Assembly: GCA_030390025.1 (NCBI GenBank)
Contig: CM059438.1
Location: 59,398,001 to 59,462,000, forward strand
Source: Squalus acanthias
Taxonomy: Eukaryota
DNA: 64,000 nt
Direction of reading: 5' to 3'
Shown here: piece after piece, positions 15,001 through 27,235 of the stretch
Layout of the letters: every line of letters begins with the position of its first letter
How positions within the stretch are numbered: the stretch's first letter is position 1
Notes under the pieces: model-generated
Told to the model about the DNA's origin: nothing
What the model saw: only the letters and a program-made list of their open reading frames with translations
Databases searched by the model: none
Position numbers and translations under genes: made by a program

Positions 15001-18000
15001 TCCAGTTTGATTTAGTGTTGCCCAGTGTGATTCAGTGTCCCCCAGTGTGATTGAATGTTCCCCAGTGTGATTTAGTGTTCACCAGTTTGATTCAGTGTTC
15101 CCCAGTGTGATTCAGTGTTCCCCAGTGTGATTCAGTGTTCCCCAGTGTTCCCCAGTGTGATTCAGTGTTCCCCAGTGTGATTCAGTCTTCCCCAGTGTGA
15201 TTCAGTGTTCCCCAGTGTGATTCAGTGTCCCCCAGTTTGATTCAATGTTCCCCAGTGTGATTCAGTGTTCCACAGTGTGATTCAGTGTTCCCCAGTGTGA
15301 TTCAATGTTCCCCAGTGTGATTCAGTGTTCCTCAGTGTTATTCAGTGTTCCCCAGTGTGATTCAGTTTTCCCCAGTGTGATTCAGTGTTCCCCAGTGTGA
15401 TTCAGTGTTACCCAGTGTGATTCAATGTTCCACACTGTGATTCAGTATTCCCCAGTGTGATTCAGATTTCCCCAGTGTGATTCCATGTTCCCCAGTGTGC
15501 TTCAGTATTCCGCAGTGTGATTCAATGTTACCCATTGTGATTCGGTATTCCCCAGTGTGACTCAGTGTTCCCCAGTGTGATTAAATTTTCCCCAATGTGA
15601 TTCAATGTTCCCCAGTGTGATTCAGTGTTCCCCAGTGTGATTCAATGTTCCCCGGTGTACTTCAGTATTCCCCAGTGTGATTCAATGTTCCCCATTGTGA
15701 TTCAGTGTTCCCCAGTATGATTCCGTATTCCCCAGTGTGATTCAGTATTCCCCAGTGTGATTCAGTGTTCCCCAGTGTTATTCAGTGTTCCCTAGTGTGA
15801 TTCAGTGTTCCCCAGTCTGATTCAGTATTCCCCAGTGTGATTCAGTGTTCCCCAGCGTGATTCAGTGTTCCCCAGTTTGATTCAATATTCCCCAGTGTGA
15901 TTCAGTATTCCCCAGTGTGATTCAGTGTTCCCCAGTGTGATTCAGTGTTCCCCAGTTTGATTCAATGTTCCCCAGTGTGATTCAGTGTTCCACAGTGTGA
16001 TTCAGTGTTCCCCAGTATGATTCAATGTTCCCCAGTGTGATTCAGTGTTCCTCAATGTTATTCAGCGTTCCCCAGTGTGATTCAGTTTTCCCCAGTGTGA
16101 TTCAGTGTTCTCCAGTGTGATTCAGTGCTACCCAGTGTGATTCAATGTTCCCGAATGTGATTCAGTATTCCCCAGTGTGATTCAGATTTCCCCAGTGTGA
16201 TTCAATGTTCCCCAGTGTGCTTCAATATTCCGCAGTGTGATTCAATGTTCCCCATTGTGATTCAGTATACCCCATTGTGATTCAGTGTTCACCAGTGTGA
16301 TTCGTTGTTCCCCAGTGTGATTCAGTGTTCCCCAGTGTGATTCAGTGTTCCCCAGTGTGATTCAGTATTCCGCAGTGTGATTCAATGTTCCCCATTGTGA
16401 TTCAGTATTCCCAATTGTGATTCAGTGTTCACCAGTGTGATTCAGTGTTCCCCAGTGTGATTAAATTTTCCCCAGTGTGATTCAGTGTTCTCCAGTTTGA
16501 TTTAGTGTTCCCCAGTGTGATTCAGTGTCCCCCAGTGTGATTGAATGTTCCCCAGTGTGATTCAGTGTTCACCAGTTTGATTCAGTGTTCCCCAGTGTGA
16601 TTCAGTGTTCCCCAGTGTGATTCAGTCTTCCCCAGTGTGATTCAGTGTTCCCCAGTGTGATTCAGTGTTCCCCAGTTTGATTCAATGTTCCCCAGTGTGA
16701 TTCAGTGTTCCCCAGTGTGATTCAATGTTCCCCAGTGTGATTCAGTGTTCCTCAGTGTTATTCAGTGTTCCCCAGTGTGATTCAGTTGTCCCCAGTGTGA
16801 TTCAGTGTTCCCCAGTGTGATTCAGTGTTACCCAGTGTGATTCAATGTTCCCCACTGTGATTCAGTATTCCCCAGTGTGATTCAGATTTCCCCAGTGTGA
16901 TTCCATGTTCCCCAGTGTGCTTCAGTATTCCGCAGTGTGATTCAATGTTACCCATTGTGATTCGGTATTCCCCATTGTGATTCAGTGTTCCCCAGTGTGA
17001 CTCAGTATTCCCCAGTGTGATTCAGTGTTCCCCATTGTGATTCAGTGTTCCCCAGTGTGATTCAGTGTTCCCCAGTGTGATTCAGTATTCCGCAGTGTGA
17101 TTCAATGTTCCCCATTGTGATTCAGTATTCCCAATTGTGATTCAGTGTTCACCAGTGTGATTCAGTGTTCCCCAGTGTGATTAAATTTTCCCCAGTGTGA
17201 TTCAGTGTTCTCCAGTTTGATTTAGTGTTCCCCAGTGTGATTCAGTGTCCCCCAGTGTGATTGAATGTTCCCCAGTGTGATTTAGTGTTCACCAGTGTGA
17301 TTCAGTGTTCCCCAGTGTGATTCAGTGTTCCCCAGTGTGATTCAGTGTTCCCCAGTGTTCCCCAGTGTGATTCAGTGTTCCCCAGTGTGATTCAGTCTTC
17401 CCCAGTGTGATTCAATTTTCGCCACTGTGATTCAGTGTTCCCCAGTTTGATTCAATGTTCCCCAGTGTGATTCAGTATTCCCCAGTGTGATTCAGTGTTC
17501 CCCAGTGTGATTCAGTGTTCCCCAGTTTGATTCAATGTTCCCCAGTGTGATTCAGTGTTCCACAGTGTGATTCAGTGTTCCCCACTGTGATTCAGTGTTC
17601 CCCAGTGTGATTCAGTGTTCTCCAGTGTGATTCAATGCTCCCCAGTGAGATGCAGTATTCCCCAGTGTGATTCTGTATTCCCCAGTGTGATTCAATGTTC
17701 CCCAGTGTGATTCAGTGTTCCCCAGTGTGATTCAATGTTCGCCACTGTGATTCAGTGTTCCCCAGTTTGATTCAATGTTCCCCAGTGTGATTCAGTATTC
17801 CCCAGTGTGATTCAGTGTTCCCCAGTGTGATTCAGTGTTCCCCAGTTTGATTCAATGTTCCCCAGTGTGATTCAGTGTTCCACAGTGTGATTCAGTGTTC
17901 CCCAGTGTGATTCAATGTTCCCCAGTGTGATTCAGTGTTCCTCAATGTTATTCAGTGTTCCCCAGTGTGATTCACTTTTCCCCAGTGTGATTCAGTGTTC

Positions 18001-21000
18001 CCCAGTGTGATTCAGTGCTACCCAGTGTGATTCAATGTTCCCGAATGTGATTCAGTATTCCCCAGTGTGATTCAGATTTCCCCAGTGTGATTCAATGTTC
18101 CCCAGTGTGCTTCAATATTCCGCAGTGTGATTCAATGTTCCCCATTGTGATTCAGTATACCCCATTGTGATTCAGTGTTCCCCAGTGTGATTCGGTGTTC
18201 CCCAGTGTGATTCAGTGTTCCCCAGTGTGATTCAGTGTTCCCCAGTGTGATTCAGTATTCCGCAGTGTGATTCAATGTTCCACAGTGTGATTCAGTATTC
18301 CCCAGTGTGATTCAGATTTCCCCAGTGTGATTCCATGTTCCCCAGTGTGCTTCAGTATTCCGCAGAGTGATTCAATGTTACCCATTGTGATTCGGTATTC
18401 CCCATTGTGATTCAGTGTTCCCCACTGTGACTCAGTGTTCCCCAGTGTGATTAAATTTTTCCCAATGTGATTCAATGTTCCCCAGTGTGATTCAGTGTTC
18501 CCCAGTGTGATTCAATGTTCCCCAGTGTGATTCAGTGTTCCCCAGTGTGAATCAATGTTCCCCGGTGTACTTCAGTATTCCCCAGTGTGATTCAATGTTC
18601 CCCATTGTGATTCAGTGTTCCCCAGTATGATTCCGTATTCCCCAGTGTGATTCAGTATTCCCCAGCGTGATTCAGTGTTCCCCAGTGTGATTCAGTGTTC
18701 CCCAGTGTGATTCAGTATTCCGCAGTGTGATTCAATGTTCCCCATTGTGATTCAGTATTCCCAATTGTGATTCAGTGTTCACCAGTGTGATTCAGTGTTC
18801 CCCAGTGTGATTAAATTTTCCCCAGTGTGATTCAGTGTTCTCCAGTTTGATTTAGTGTTGCCCAGTGTGATTCAGTGTCCCCAGTGTGATTGAATGTTCC
18901 CCAGTGTGATTTAGTGTTCACCAGTTTGATTCAGTGTTCCCCAGTGTGATTCAGTGTTCCCCAGTGTGATTCAGTGTTCCCCAGTGTTCCCCAGTGTGAT
19001 TCAGTGTTCCCCAGTCTGATTCAGTGTTCCCCAGTGTGATTCAGTGTTCCCCAGTGTGATTCAGTTTTCCCAGTGTGATTCAGTATTCCCTAGTGTGATT
19101 CAGTGTTCCCCAGTCTGATTCAGTGTTCCCCAGTGTGATTCAGTGTTCCCCAGTGTGATTCAGTGTTCTCCAGTGTGATTCAGTGTTCCCCAGTGTGTTT
19201 CAGTATTCCCCAGTGTGATTCAGTGTTCCCCAGTGTACTTCAGTATTCCCCAGTGTGATTCAATGTTACCCATTGTGATTCAGTATTCCCCAATGTGATT
19301 CAGTGTTCCCCAGTGTGATTCAGTGTTCCCCAGTGTGTTTAAGTATTCCCCAATGTGATTCAATGTTCCCCAGTGTGATTCAGTTTTAGCCAGTGTGATT
19401 CAATGTTCCCCAGTGTGATTCAGTTTTCCCCAGTGTGATTTAATGTTCCCCAGTGTGATTCAATGTTCCCCAGTGCGATTCAGTGTTCCCCAGTGTGATT
19501 CAGTGTTCCCCAGTGTGATTGAATGTTCCCCAGTGTGATTCAGTGTTCCCCAGTGTGATTCAGTGTTCCTCAGTGTGATTCAGTCTTTCCCAGTGTTCCC
19601 CAGTGTGATTCAGTGTTCCCCAGTATTCCCCAGTGTGATTCAGGATTCCCCACTGTGATTCAGTCTTCCCCAGTGTGATTCAGTGTTCCCCAGTGTGTTT
19701 CAGTGTTCTCCAGTTTGATTCATTATTCCCCAGTGTGATTCAATGTTCCACAGTGTGATTCAGTCTTCCCCAGTGTGATTCAATGTTCCCCAGTGTGATT
19801 CAGTGTACCCCAGTGTGATTCAATGTTCCCCAGTGTGATTCAGTGTTCCTCGGTGTTATTCAGTGTTCCCCAGTGTGATTCAGTATTCCCCAGTGTGATT
19901 CAATGTTCCCCAGTGTGTTTCTGTATTCCCCAGTGTGATTCAATGTTCCCCAGTGTGATTCAATGTTCCCCAGTGTGTTTCAGTATTCCCCAGTTTGATT
20001 CAGTTTTCCCCAGTGTGATTCAGTCTTCCCCAGTGTGATTCAATGTTCTCCAATGTGATTCAGTGTTCCCCAGTATGATTCAGTATTCCCCAGTGTGATT
20101 CTATATTCCCCAGTGTGATTCAGTATTCCCCAGTGTGATTCAGTGTTCCCCAGTGTGATTCCGTGTTCGCCAGTGTGCTTCAGTATTCCGCATCGTGATT
20201 CAATGTTGCCCATTGTGATTTAGTATTCCCCAGTGTGATTCAGTGTTCCCCAGTGTGATTCAGTGTTCCCCAGTGTGATTCAGTGTTCCCCAGTGTGATT
20301 CAGTGTTATCCAGTGTGATTCAGTGTTAACCAGTGTGATTCAATGTTCCCCAGTGTGATTCAGTGCTCCCCAGTGTGATTCAGTATTCCCCAGTGTGATT
20401 CAGTGTTCCCCAGTGTTCTCCAGTTTGATTCAGTGTTCCCCAGTGTGATTCAGTGTTCCCCAGTGTGATTCAGTATTCCCCAGTGTGATTCAGTGTTCTC
20501 CAGTGTTCCCCAGTGTGATTCAGTGTTCCCCAGTGTGATTCAGTGTTCCCCAGTGTGATTCAGTGTTCCCCAGTGTGATTCAGTGTTCCCCAGTGTTCCC
20601 CAGTGTGATTCAGTGTTCCCCAGTGTGATTCAGTGTTCCCCAGTGTGATTCAGTGTTCCCCAGTGTGATTCAGTATTCCCCAGTGTGATTCAGTGTTCTC
20701 CAGTGTGATTCAGTGTTCTCCAGTTTGATTCAGTGTTCCCCAGTGTGATTCAATGTTCCCCGGTGTGATTCAATGTTCCCCAGTGTGATTCAATGTTCCC
20801 CAGTGTGATTCAGTGTTCCCCAGTGTGATTCAGTGTTCCCCATGTGATTCAATGTTCCCCAGTGTGATTCAGTGTTCTCCAGTTTGATTCAATGTTTCCC
20901 AGTGTGATTCAGTGTTCCCCAGTGTGATTCAGTGTTCTGCAGTTTGATTCAATGTTCCCCACTGTGATTCAATGTTCCCCAGTGTGATTCAGTATTCCCC

Positions 21001-22092
21001 AGTGTGATTCAGTGTTCCCCCGTGTGATTCAGTGTTCCCCAGTGTGATTCAATGTTCCTCAGTGTGATTCAATGTTCCCCCGTTTGATTCAATGTTCCCC
21101 AGTGTGATTCAATGTTCCCCAGTGTGATTCAATGTTCCCCAGTGTGATTCAGTATTCCCCAGTGTGATTCAGTGTTCCCCAGTGTGATTCAATATTCCCC
21201 AGTGTGATTCAGTATTCCCCAGTGTGATTCAGTGTTCCCCAGTGTGATTCAATATTCCCCAGTGTGATTCAGTGTTCCCCAGTGTGATTCAATATTCCCC
21301 AGTGTGATTTAGTGTTCCCCATTGTGATTTAGTTTTCCCCAGTGTGATTCAGTATTCCCCAGTGTGATTCAGCGTTCCCCAGTGTGATTCAGTGTTCCCC
21401 AGTGTGATTCAGTGTTCCCCAGTGTGATTCAATGTTCCCCAGTGTGATTCAGTGTTCCCCAGTGTGATTCAGTTTTCCCCAGTGTGATTCAATGTTTCCC
21501 AGTGTGATTCAGTGTTCCCCAGTGTGATTCAGTGTTCCCCCGTGTGATTCAATGTTCCCCAGTGTGATTCAGTGTTCCCCAGTGTGATTCAATGTTCCCC
21601 AGTGTGATTCAGTGTTCCCCAGTGTGATTCAGTTTTCCCCAGTGTGATTCAATGTTCCCCAGTGTGATTCAGTGTTCCCCAGTGTGATTCAGTTTTCCCC
21701 AGTGTGATTCAATGTTTCCCAGTGTGATTCAGTGTTCCCCAGTGTGATTCAGTGTTCCCCCGTGTGATTCAGTGTTCCCCAGTGTGATTCAATGTTCCCC
21801 AGTGTGATTCAGTGTTCCACAGTGTGATTCAATATTCCCCAGTGTGATTCAGTGTTCCCCAGTGTGATTCAGTGTTCCACAGTGTGATTCAATATTCTCC
21901 AGTGTGATTTAATGTTCCCCAGTGTGATTCAGTGTTCCCCAGTGTGATTCAATGTTCCCCAGTGTGATTCAATATTCTCCAGTGTGATTCAATATTCCCC
22001 AGTGTGATTCAGTGTTCCCCCGTGTGATTCAGTGTTCCACAGTGTGATTCAATATTCCCCAGTGTGATTCAATGTTCCCCAGTGTGATTCAA
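1..22092. repeat. 20-bp tandem satellite, consensus TCAGTGTTCCCCAGTGTGAT (~1100 monomers, runs off the window start)
   Basis: Directly visible periodicity with common variants (TCAATG, TCAGTATT). The array ends abruptly at ~22092, before unique sequence. Confidence 0.99.
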
Positions 22093-22709
22093 TGGGATTC
22101 ATTCTCTGCATGGGCGAAGGAAAGCTTTGGAAGTTAATTAAAATAGAACAAAGCTGTGATGGAGTGTTACAGAGCAGTATGAGATCCCTGTATCAGTATA
22201 ACTGCACTGTCACGTGTCAGCTCCGTGTTCCCCTATCTGCACGCAGCATTACTCAATATGAAGGCTCTGTGGGCTGTGTTTTTCAATCTTCCTGTGCCGC
22301 ATTCATGTCTAATCTGTTCACATCTTCAGTGGGATTCCACCAGCCGAGCGTACAATAGCTGGTTGCATCATGACATGAGGGCCCACACACCCCGCTCATG
22401 AGGCAAGCTTGTGCTCGCACACCCTGTTACAGTCCATGCCACTGGCTGAAGAGAGCAATAACCTCCCCCAGCTCTTAACATTGTGAAAAGAAAAGGTTTC
22501 TGCTCAAATTAGTTTTCTATTTTAAATAAAAAGGAAATCAGCAAAATCCTGGAAATCGCAAATGGAAACCGAAAACAGGTTGATGGGACGGTTCAGAAGA
22601 AGGAGTACACAGCCACAGCAGCAGAGATTGCCTCTTGACACACGCCCTGTGCTGAATTTGCAGCTTTTAATATTTTTATTATTGGTTGCCTTTTTTTTAA
22701 GTTCAAACA

Positions 22710-24043
22710 TTACCTGTCTCTCTCCGTTACCTGTCTCTCCGTTACCTGTGTCCCTCAGCTCCTGTTACCTGTCTCTCCGTTACCTGTGTCCCTCAGCTCC
22801 TGTTACCTGTCTCTCTCCGTTACCTGTGTCCCTCAGCTCCCGTTACCTGTCTCTCCGTTACCTGTGTCCCTCAGCTCCCGTTACCTGTCTCTCCGTTACC
22901 TGTCTCTCGCTGTTACCTGTCTCGCTCTGTTACCTGTGTCCCTCAGCTCCCGTTACCTGTCTCTCCGTTACCTGTGTCCCTCAGCTCCCGTTACCTGTCT
23001 CTCCGTTACCTGTCTCTCGCTGTTACCTGTCTCGCTCTGTTACCTGTGTCCCTCAGCTCCCGTTACCTGTCTCTCCGTTACCTGTCTCTCACTGTTACCT
23101 GTCTCTCTCCGTTACCTGTCTCTCTCCGTTACCTGTCTCTCTCCGTTACCTGTGTCCCTCAGCTCCTGTTACCTGTCTCTCTCCGTTACCTGTGTCCCTC
23201 AGCTCCCGTTACCTGTCTCTCCATTACCTGTGTCCCTCAGCTCCCGTTACCTGTCTCTCCGTTACCTGTCTCTCGCCGTTACCTGTCTCGCTCTGTTACC
23301 TGTGTCCCTCAGCTCCCGTTACCTGTCTCTCTCCGTTACCTGTGTCCCTCAGCTCCCGTTACCTGTCTCTCTCCGTTACCTGTCTCTCTCCGTTACCTGT
23401 GTCCCTCAGCTCCAGTTACCTGTCTCTCTCCGTTACCTGTCTCTCTCCGTTACCTGTCTCGCTCTGTTACCTGTGTCCCTCAGCTCCTGTTACCTGTCTC
23501 TCTCCGTTACCTGTGTCCCTCAGCTCCCGTTACCTGTCTCTCGCTGTTACCTGTCTCTCTCCGTTACCTGTCTCTCTCCGTTACCTGTCTCGCTCTGTTA
23601 CCTGTGTCCCTCAGCTCCTGTTACCTGTCTCTCTCCATTACCTGTGTCCCTCAGCTCCTGTTACCTGTCTCTCTCCGTTACCTGTGTCCCTCAGCTCCCG
23701 TTACCTGTCTCTCCGTTACCTGTGTCCCTCAGCTCCCGTTACCTGTCTCTCCGTTACCTGTGTCCCTCAGCTCCCGTTACCTGTCTCTCCGTTACCTGTG
23801 TCCCTCAGCTCCCGTTACCTGTCTCTCCGTTACCTGTCTCTCTCTGTCACCTGTCTCGCTCCGTTACCTGTGTCCCTCAGCTCCCGTTACCTGTCTCTCT
23901 CCGTTACCTGTGTCCCTCAGCTCCTGTTACCTGTCTCTCTCCGTTACCTGTGTCCCTCAGCTCCTGTTACCTGTCTCTCTCCGTTACCTGTGTCCCTCAG
24001 CTCCCGTTACCTGTCTCTCTCCGTTACCTGTCCCTCAGCTCCC
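22710..24043. repeat. Modular pyrimidine-rich minisatellite built from GTTACCTG-anchored units (23-bp GTTACCTGTGTCCCTCAGCTCCC; 15/17-bp GTTACCTGTCTCT(CT)CC; 17-bp GTTACCTGTCTCGCTCT)
   Basis: Units are visible in irregular order. The + strand lacks stop codons, which explains the three overlapping long ORFs. Confidence 0.97.
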
Positions 24044-24224
24044 TCGCCTTGGCTTAATGTGGAGTTGGACGTCTGTGTTTTTTTGACTTGTACACTATCT
24101 GACTTCAGGACACACGGCAACCTACAGCACTCAGGGAAGAGGTCCGAGTCACTGCTTGGCCTATTGTTCACAATGTGAGCCAGGCGCACAGTATCTCCAA
24201 GTGAGTCTCCAAGCAAGGCATCAC
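24028..24224 (-). CDS. Candidate internal coding exon (197 bp) of an unidentified host gene
   Basis: Minus-strand acceptor ctctgcttttcacAG|GT and donor GGACAG|GTAAC. Open frame GDALLGDSLGDTVRLAHIV...GEGAEGQ in non-repetitive sequence; phase 1 in, phase 0 out. No recognisable domain. Confidence 0.5.
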
Positions 24225-24260
24225 CTGTGAAAAGCAGAGCCACCCGGGCTGGGGGAAGGG

Positions 24261-24443
24261 GAGGTAGAAATTGAACTTGGGCGGCAGTGCAGTAGAGGCA
24301 GTGTTGCATCGATTGCCCGTTATACGCCCCTCGTGATCTTCACTTCTACTCAAGTCAATGGAACTGAATATCGGGCGGGGCGTGTAGGCGGCCGATTCCA
24401 TACCACCCATTTTGCACTGTCGCACACCTCGAATATCTACCCC
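24261..24443. mobile_element. 183-bp MITE of the PIF/Harbinger (Tourist-like) type
   Basis: Ends GAGGTAGAAATT... and ...AATATCTACCCC, with further subterminal complementarity (GGCAGTGCA/TGCACTGTC). The ends closely match the GGGGTAGAAATT TIR of the element at 31954. Confidence 0.75.
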
Positions 24444-24975
24444 GATACTTTCAGAAATACCTAGAATAGACTCCAGACTAGAAATACGGCTCCGTATCGG
24501 TGCTACGGGTGTAGTTTTGTGTCGAAAATGGCGTCCGCACCGGGCGTGCACTCTTCTGGTGCGGGCCGCGCCGGACGCCATCTTGGTGAGGGCAGTCGGG
24601 CGGGCGTTAGGAGCGTGCGCCGGAAGTATGTAGAGTGGGCAGATCGTGACGTCAATCAGCGTGCAAACACTGATTTGACACCAGCGTTGCCAATTTCATT
24701 ATCAACGCTGGAGCTAACGCCCGGTCTTAACCTCGCACAGCTGGACATGCGTTCAGCATCAGCAAGGACGCCCCACCAGCGCTATTTAAAGGGCTCAGCA
24801 GCCGCTCTAAGGTTAGTTGCTGATTGATTTCGACTGGCTCTGTGTAAGTTTGTGGAAGTGTTTGGAGCTTTCCAGAGTAGTTTAAAGTTGGTGAGGTGAC
24901 AGGGAGTGGTGCTGCAAGTGGAGAAGGCCTTGGTTCTGAGTTCAAGGGTTCTGGTCAGACCACTTGTTCCCAGTC

Positions 24976-25165
24976 ATGGCTGCTGTAGTTGTCATCCCCG
25001 TGACAGGGAGATGGAGCAGAGGCAGCAAAGAAGAGGACAAGCTGCCCGCAGAGGGAGGAGGAAGAAGAGGAAGAGGAGGTCCAGGAGGAAGGGAGGAGGC
25101 AACCAGCACATCCCATCTCCTGCTGGGCTGTCTGTGATCGCCTCATTCAACTACGGTTCCACTGA
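24976..25165 (+). pseudogene. Harbinger transposase remnant: N-terminal basic stretch fused to the acidic C-terminus, DDE core absent
   Basis: DREMEQRQQRRGQAARRGRR is followed, in another frame, by EEEEEEEEVQEEG...AVCDRLIQLRFH*. This parallels QQNRRIQRRR... and EEEEEE...AVRQRLIASRF* of the intact transposase. Confidence 0.7.
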
Positions 25166-25334
25166 ACACAACCCCAAATCCCCATTCTACAATAGTCCCA
25201 CACCTTACCTTCCCTCTGTTCTGCACCATCACAGCGTCCTCTTGGCCACAATGCTAAAATAAAAGCCACCACAAAACAAACATTCCAAATCAACTTTGTA
25301 CATTAATCCATCCAATATTAGATAGCAAAGTCAA

Positions 25335-27235
25335 CTAATCACCCTTGTGCGTTCCCTTAGCGCCTGTCTTCCGTGTGCCTTTGCCTGTCCTAGTGCTCCT
25401 ATGAAGTGCTACCCCAGTGGCTGCAGCATGGCTGGTGGAAGGCTGCTGACTTTCAGTGGGGGAAACTGCAGATGGCCTTGCAGGACGACCTCGAGCAGCT
25501 CTGGGCCTAGAAGGCCCGGCTGTAGACTGCACCACCTCGGCATGGGCGGCAACAGTCTGGGCTGGCTGACAGGCAGCAGCAAGGGTACTGGGGGAGTGGC
25601 AGGGGTGGGAGTACGAATGCTGTCATCCTGAGAGAGGACAGCAGGTTCGTGCTTCACGGAGCCTCTGCCACTCCCCCGGGGCGGCGCCTCAGCAATCCCA
25701 GTCATCTGTTGGAGGAGAGATTGCTGGAGTGCTGTGACACCCTGCAAGCCCCCTTCCACACTGGTAACTGCAGCCACGATGGCAGCAGTCTGAGCTTGTG
25801 TGGCAGCAAGCTGAGTCTGTATGAGAGCAGTCTGAGCTTGCATGACTTCAGTCTGAGCTTCCATGACTTCAGTCTGAGCTTCCACTACATCACTCAGACG
25901 TTGGGTGGCTTCTGCTCGTGCTGCAATGGAAGCTGAGACATCGGCCATCAGACCCTGCATCATGGTTGGGTCCACAAGTGCGCTAATGGAGTTGCCCATC
26001 ACTTCCACCCTGGAAATCATGGGCTCCAAGCTCTGCACAAAGCCCTGCACAAGGTTTGTGCCAGACTCCTCCATGCTCCTTGACATTGCACTCAGGCTTT
26101 CTGGCAGGCCTGCCAATGCACCAAGCATTACAGTGTGCATACCCATCAGCGTTCTTCTGTAGGCCGCCCCATCGAAGTTCTCATCTGAGTCCTCTGCAGC
26201 AGAACTCGTGTGCGACCTCGCTCTCCGGGGAGCTGGCACCTGCGCCATCCTTGCCCCCTGCCCTGGCTGCAGGCCACTCGTGCCCGGTGTCTCACCATGA
26301 GCAGATCCCGCATCTAACCTGTCAGTATCTGAGCTGGTGACTGCGAGTGTGAAATCGTGTGACGGTGCTGTGTCTTCATCATCAGTGCCTTGGTGCTCTT
26401 CTATTTCCTGCTCCTCCACCAGTGCCCGGCCAGGTGGCAGTTCTTGGTTATCTGAAAGGAGAAAGGCACATGGGTAAGGTTGTGGTGAAGGGAGGGGGGT
26501 AGCAGGAGGTGTATGCTTACCCAATCTGCAGCTTGTAAATCAGAAGAGATAGTGGGATGAGGGGGGAGTGGGATGTGAGAAGGAGGATTACATATGAGGA
26601 TACCGGCACCTTGTATTGTTTCAGCCCCGCCGCTGGCCATGGGCTCAGTGACGACCCTCTCAATAATGGCCAGCACCGTCTCCTCCATGGGCGTGAGCTT
26701 ATGCAGGTGCACCCGTCCCCTGCCGGTTAGGTCCTGCTACCTCCAGTTGTGAGTCACCTTGTCCTGCAAGAGACAGGGAAGTGTATCAGTGCATGTGGTG
26801 CAATGTGTTAGGGTGATATGCCTGTCATGGTTGAATAGCTGACTGTGTGTGGAAATTGTGAGATGTGGGTGTGAGGCTTGCAGTGGTGGTAAGTGTGTGA
26901 GGGTGAGCTGAAGCTATGAATCTGAGGTATGAGTCGTGTTTGGTAGAGATTGTTGGTAGGTGAGTGATGAGGGTGTGGTGCATTGAGCAGTGTGTGAGGC
27001 TCATGGTGCAGATGGTGGGATATGGCATTTGAAGATGAATTCACTGACCTTGACCACTCGTGTGAGGTCATTAAACTTCTTCCTGCATGGCGTCCAGGTC
27101 CTCAGGGCATTCACCATGATGACTATCTGCAACCATTGCCTTTTCCACAGTTGCCTGGAGGGCCTCCTGGCCCCCTATGGAAACAGGACCTCTCTCCTCC
27201 TGTGCACCTCCTGCATCGGAGAACCTTGGAGCATG
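25335..27235 (-). pseudogene. Harbinger Myb/SANT-like DNA-binding partner gene, three exons (~27235-27049, 26763-26604, 26451-25335), pseudogenised
   Basis: Exon 1 translates ...APRFSD..RRREVLFP*...CRKKFNDLTRVVK|GT. GT-AG introns have the same phases as in the other copy. In-frame stops and a frameshift near 25560. The C-terminus (AGPSRPR..RGRP, QQPSTS) matches ORF 33155-34135. Confidence 0.88.

Noticed and set aside
1..22092. CRISPR array, or zinc-finger gene (HTGE on the minus strand)
   Set aside because: There are no unique spacers or cas genes. The 20-bp period breaks frame, and no C2H2 spacing is present.
22562..24178. 538/423/370-aa overlapping ORFs
   Set aside because: The repeat lacks stop codons on the + strand, so all three frames are open.
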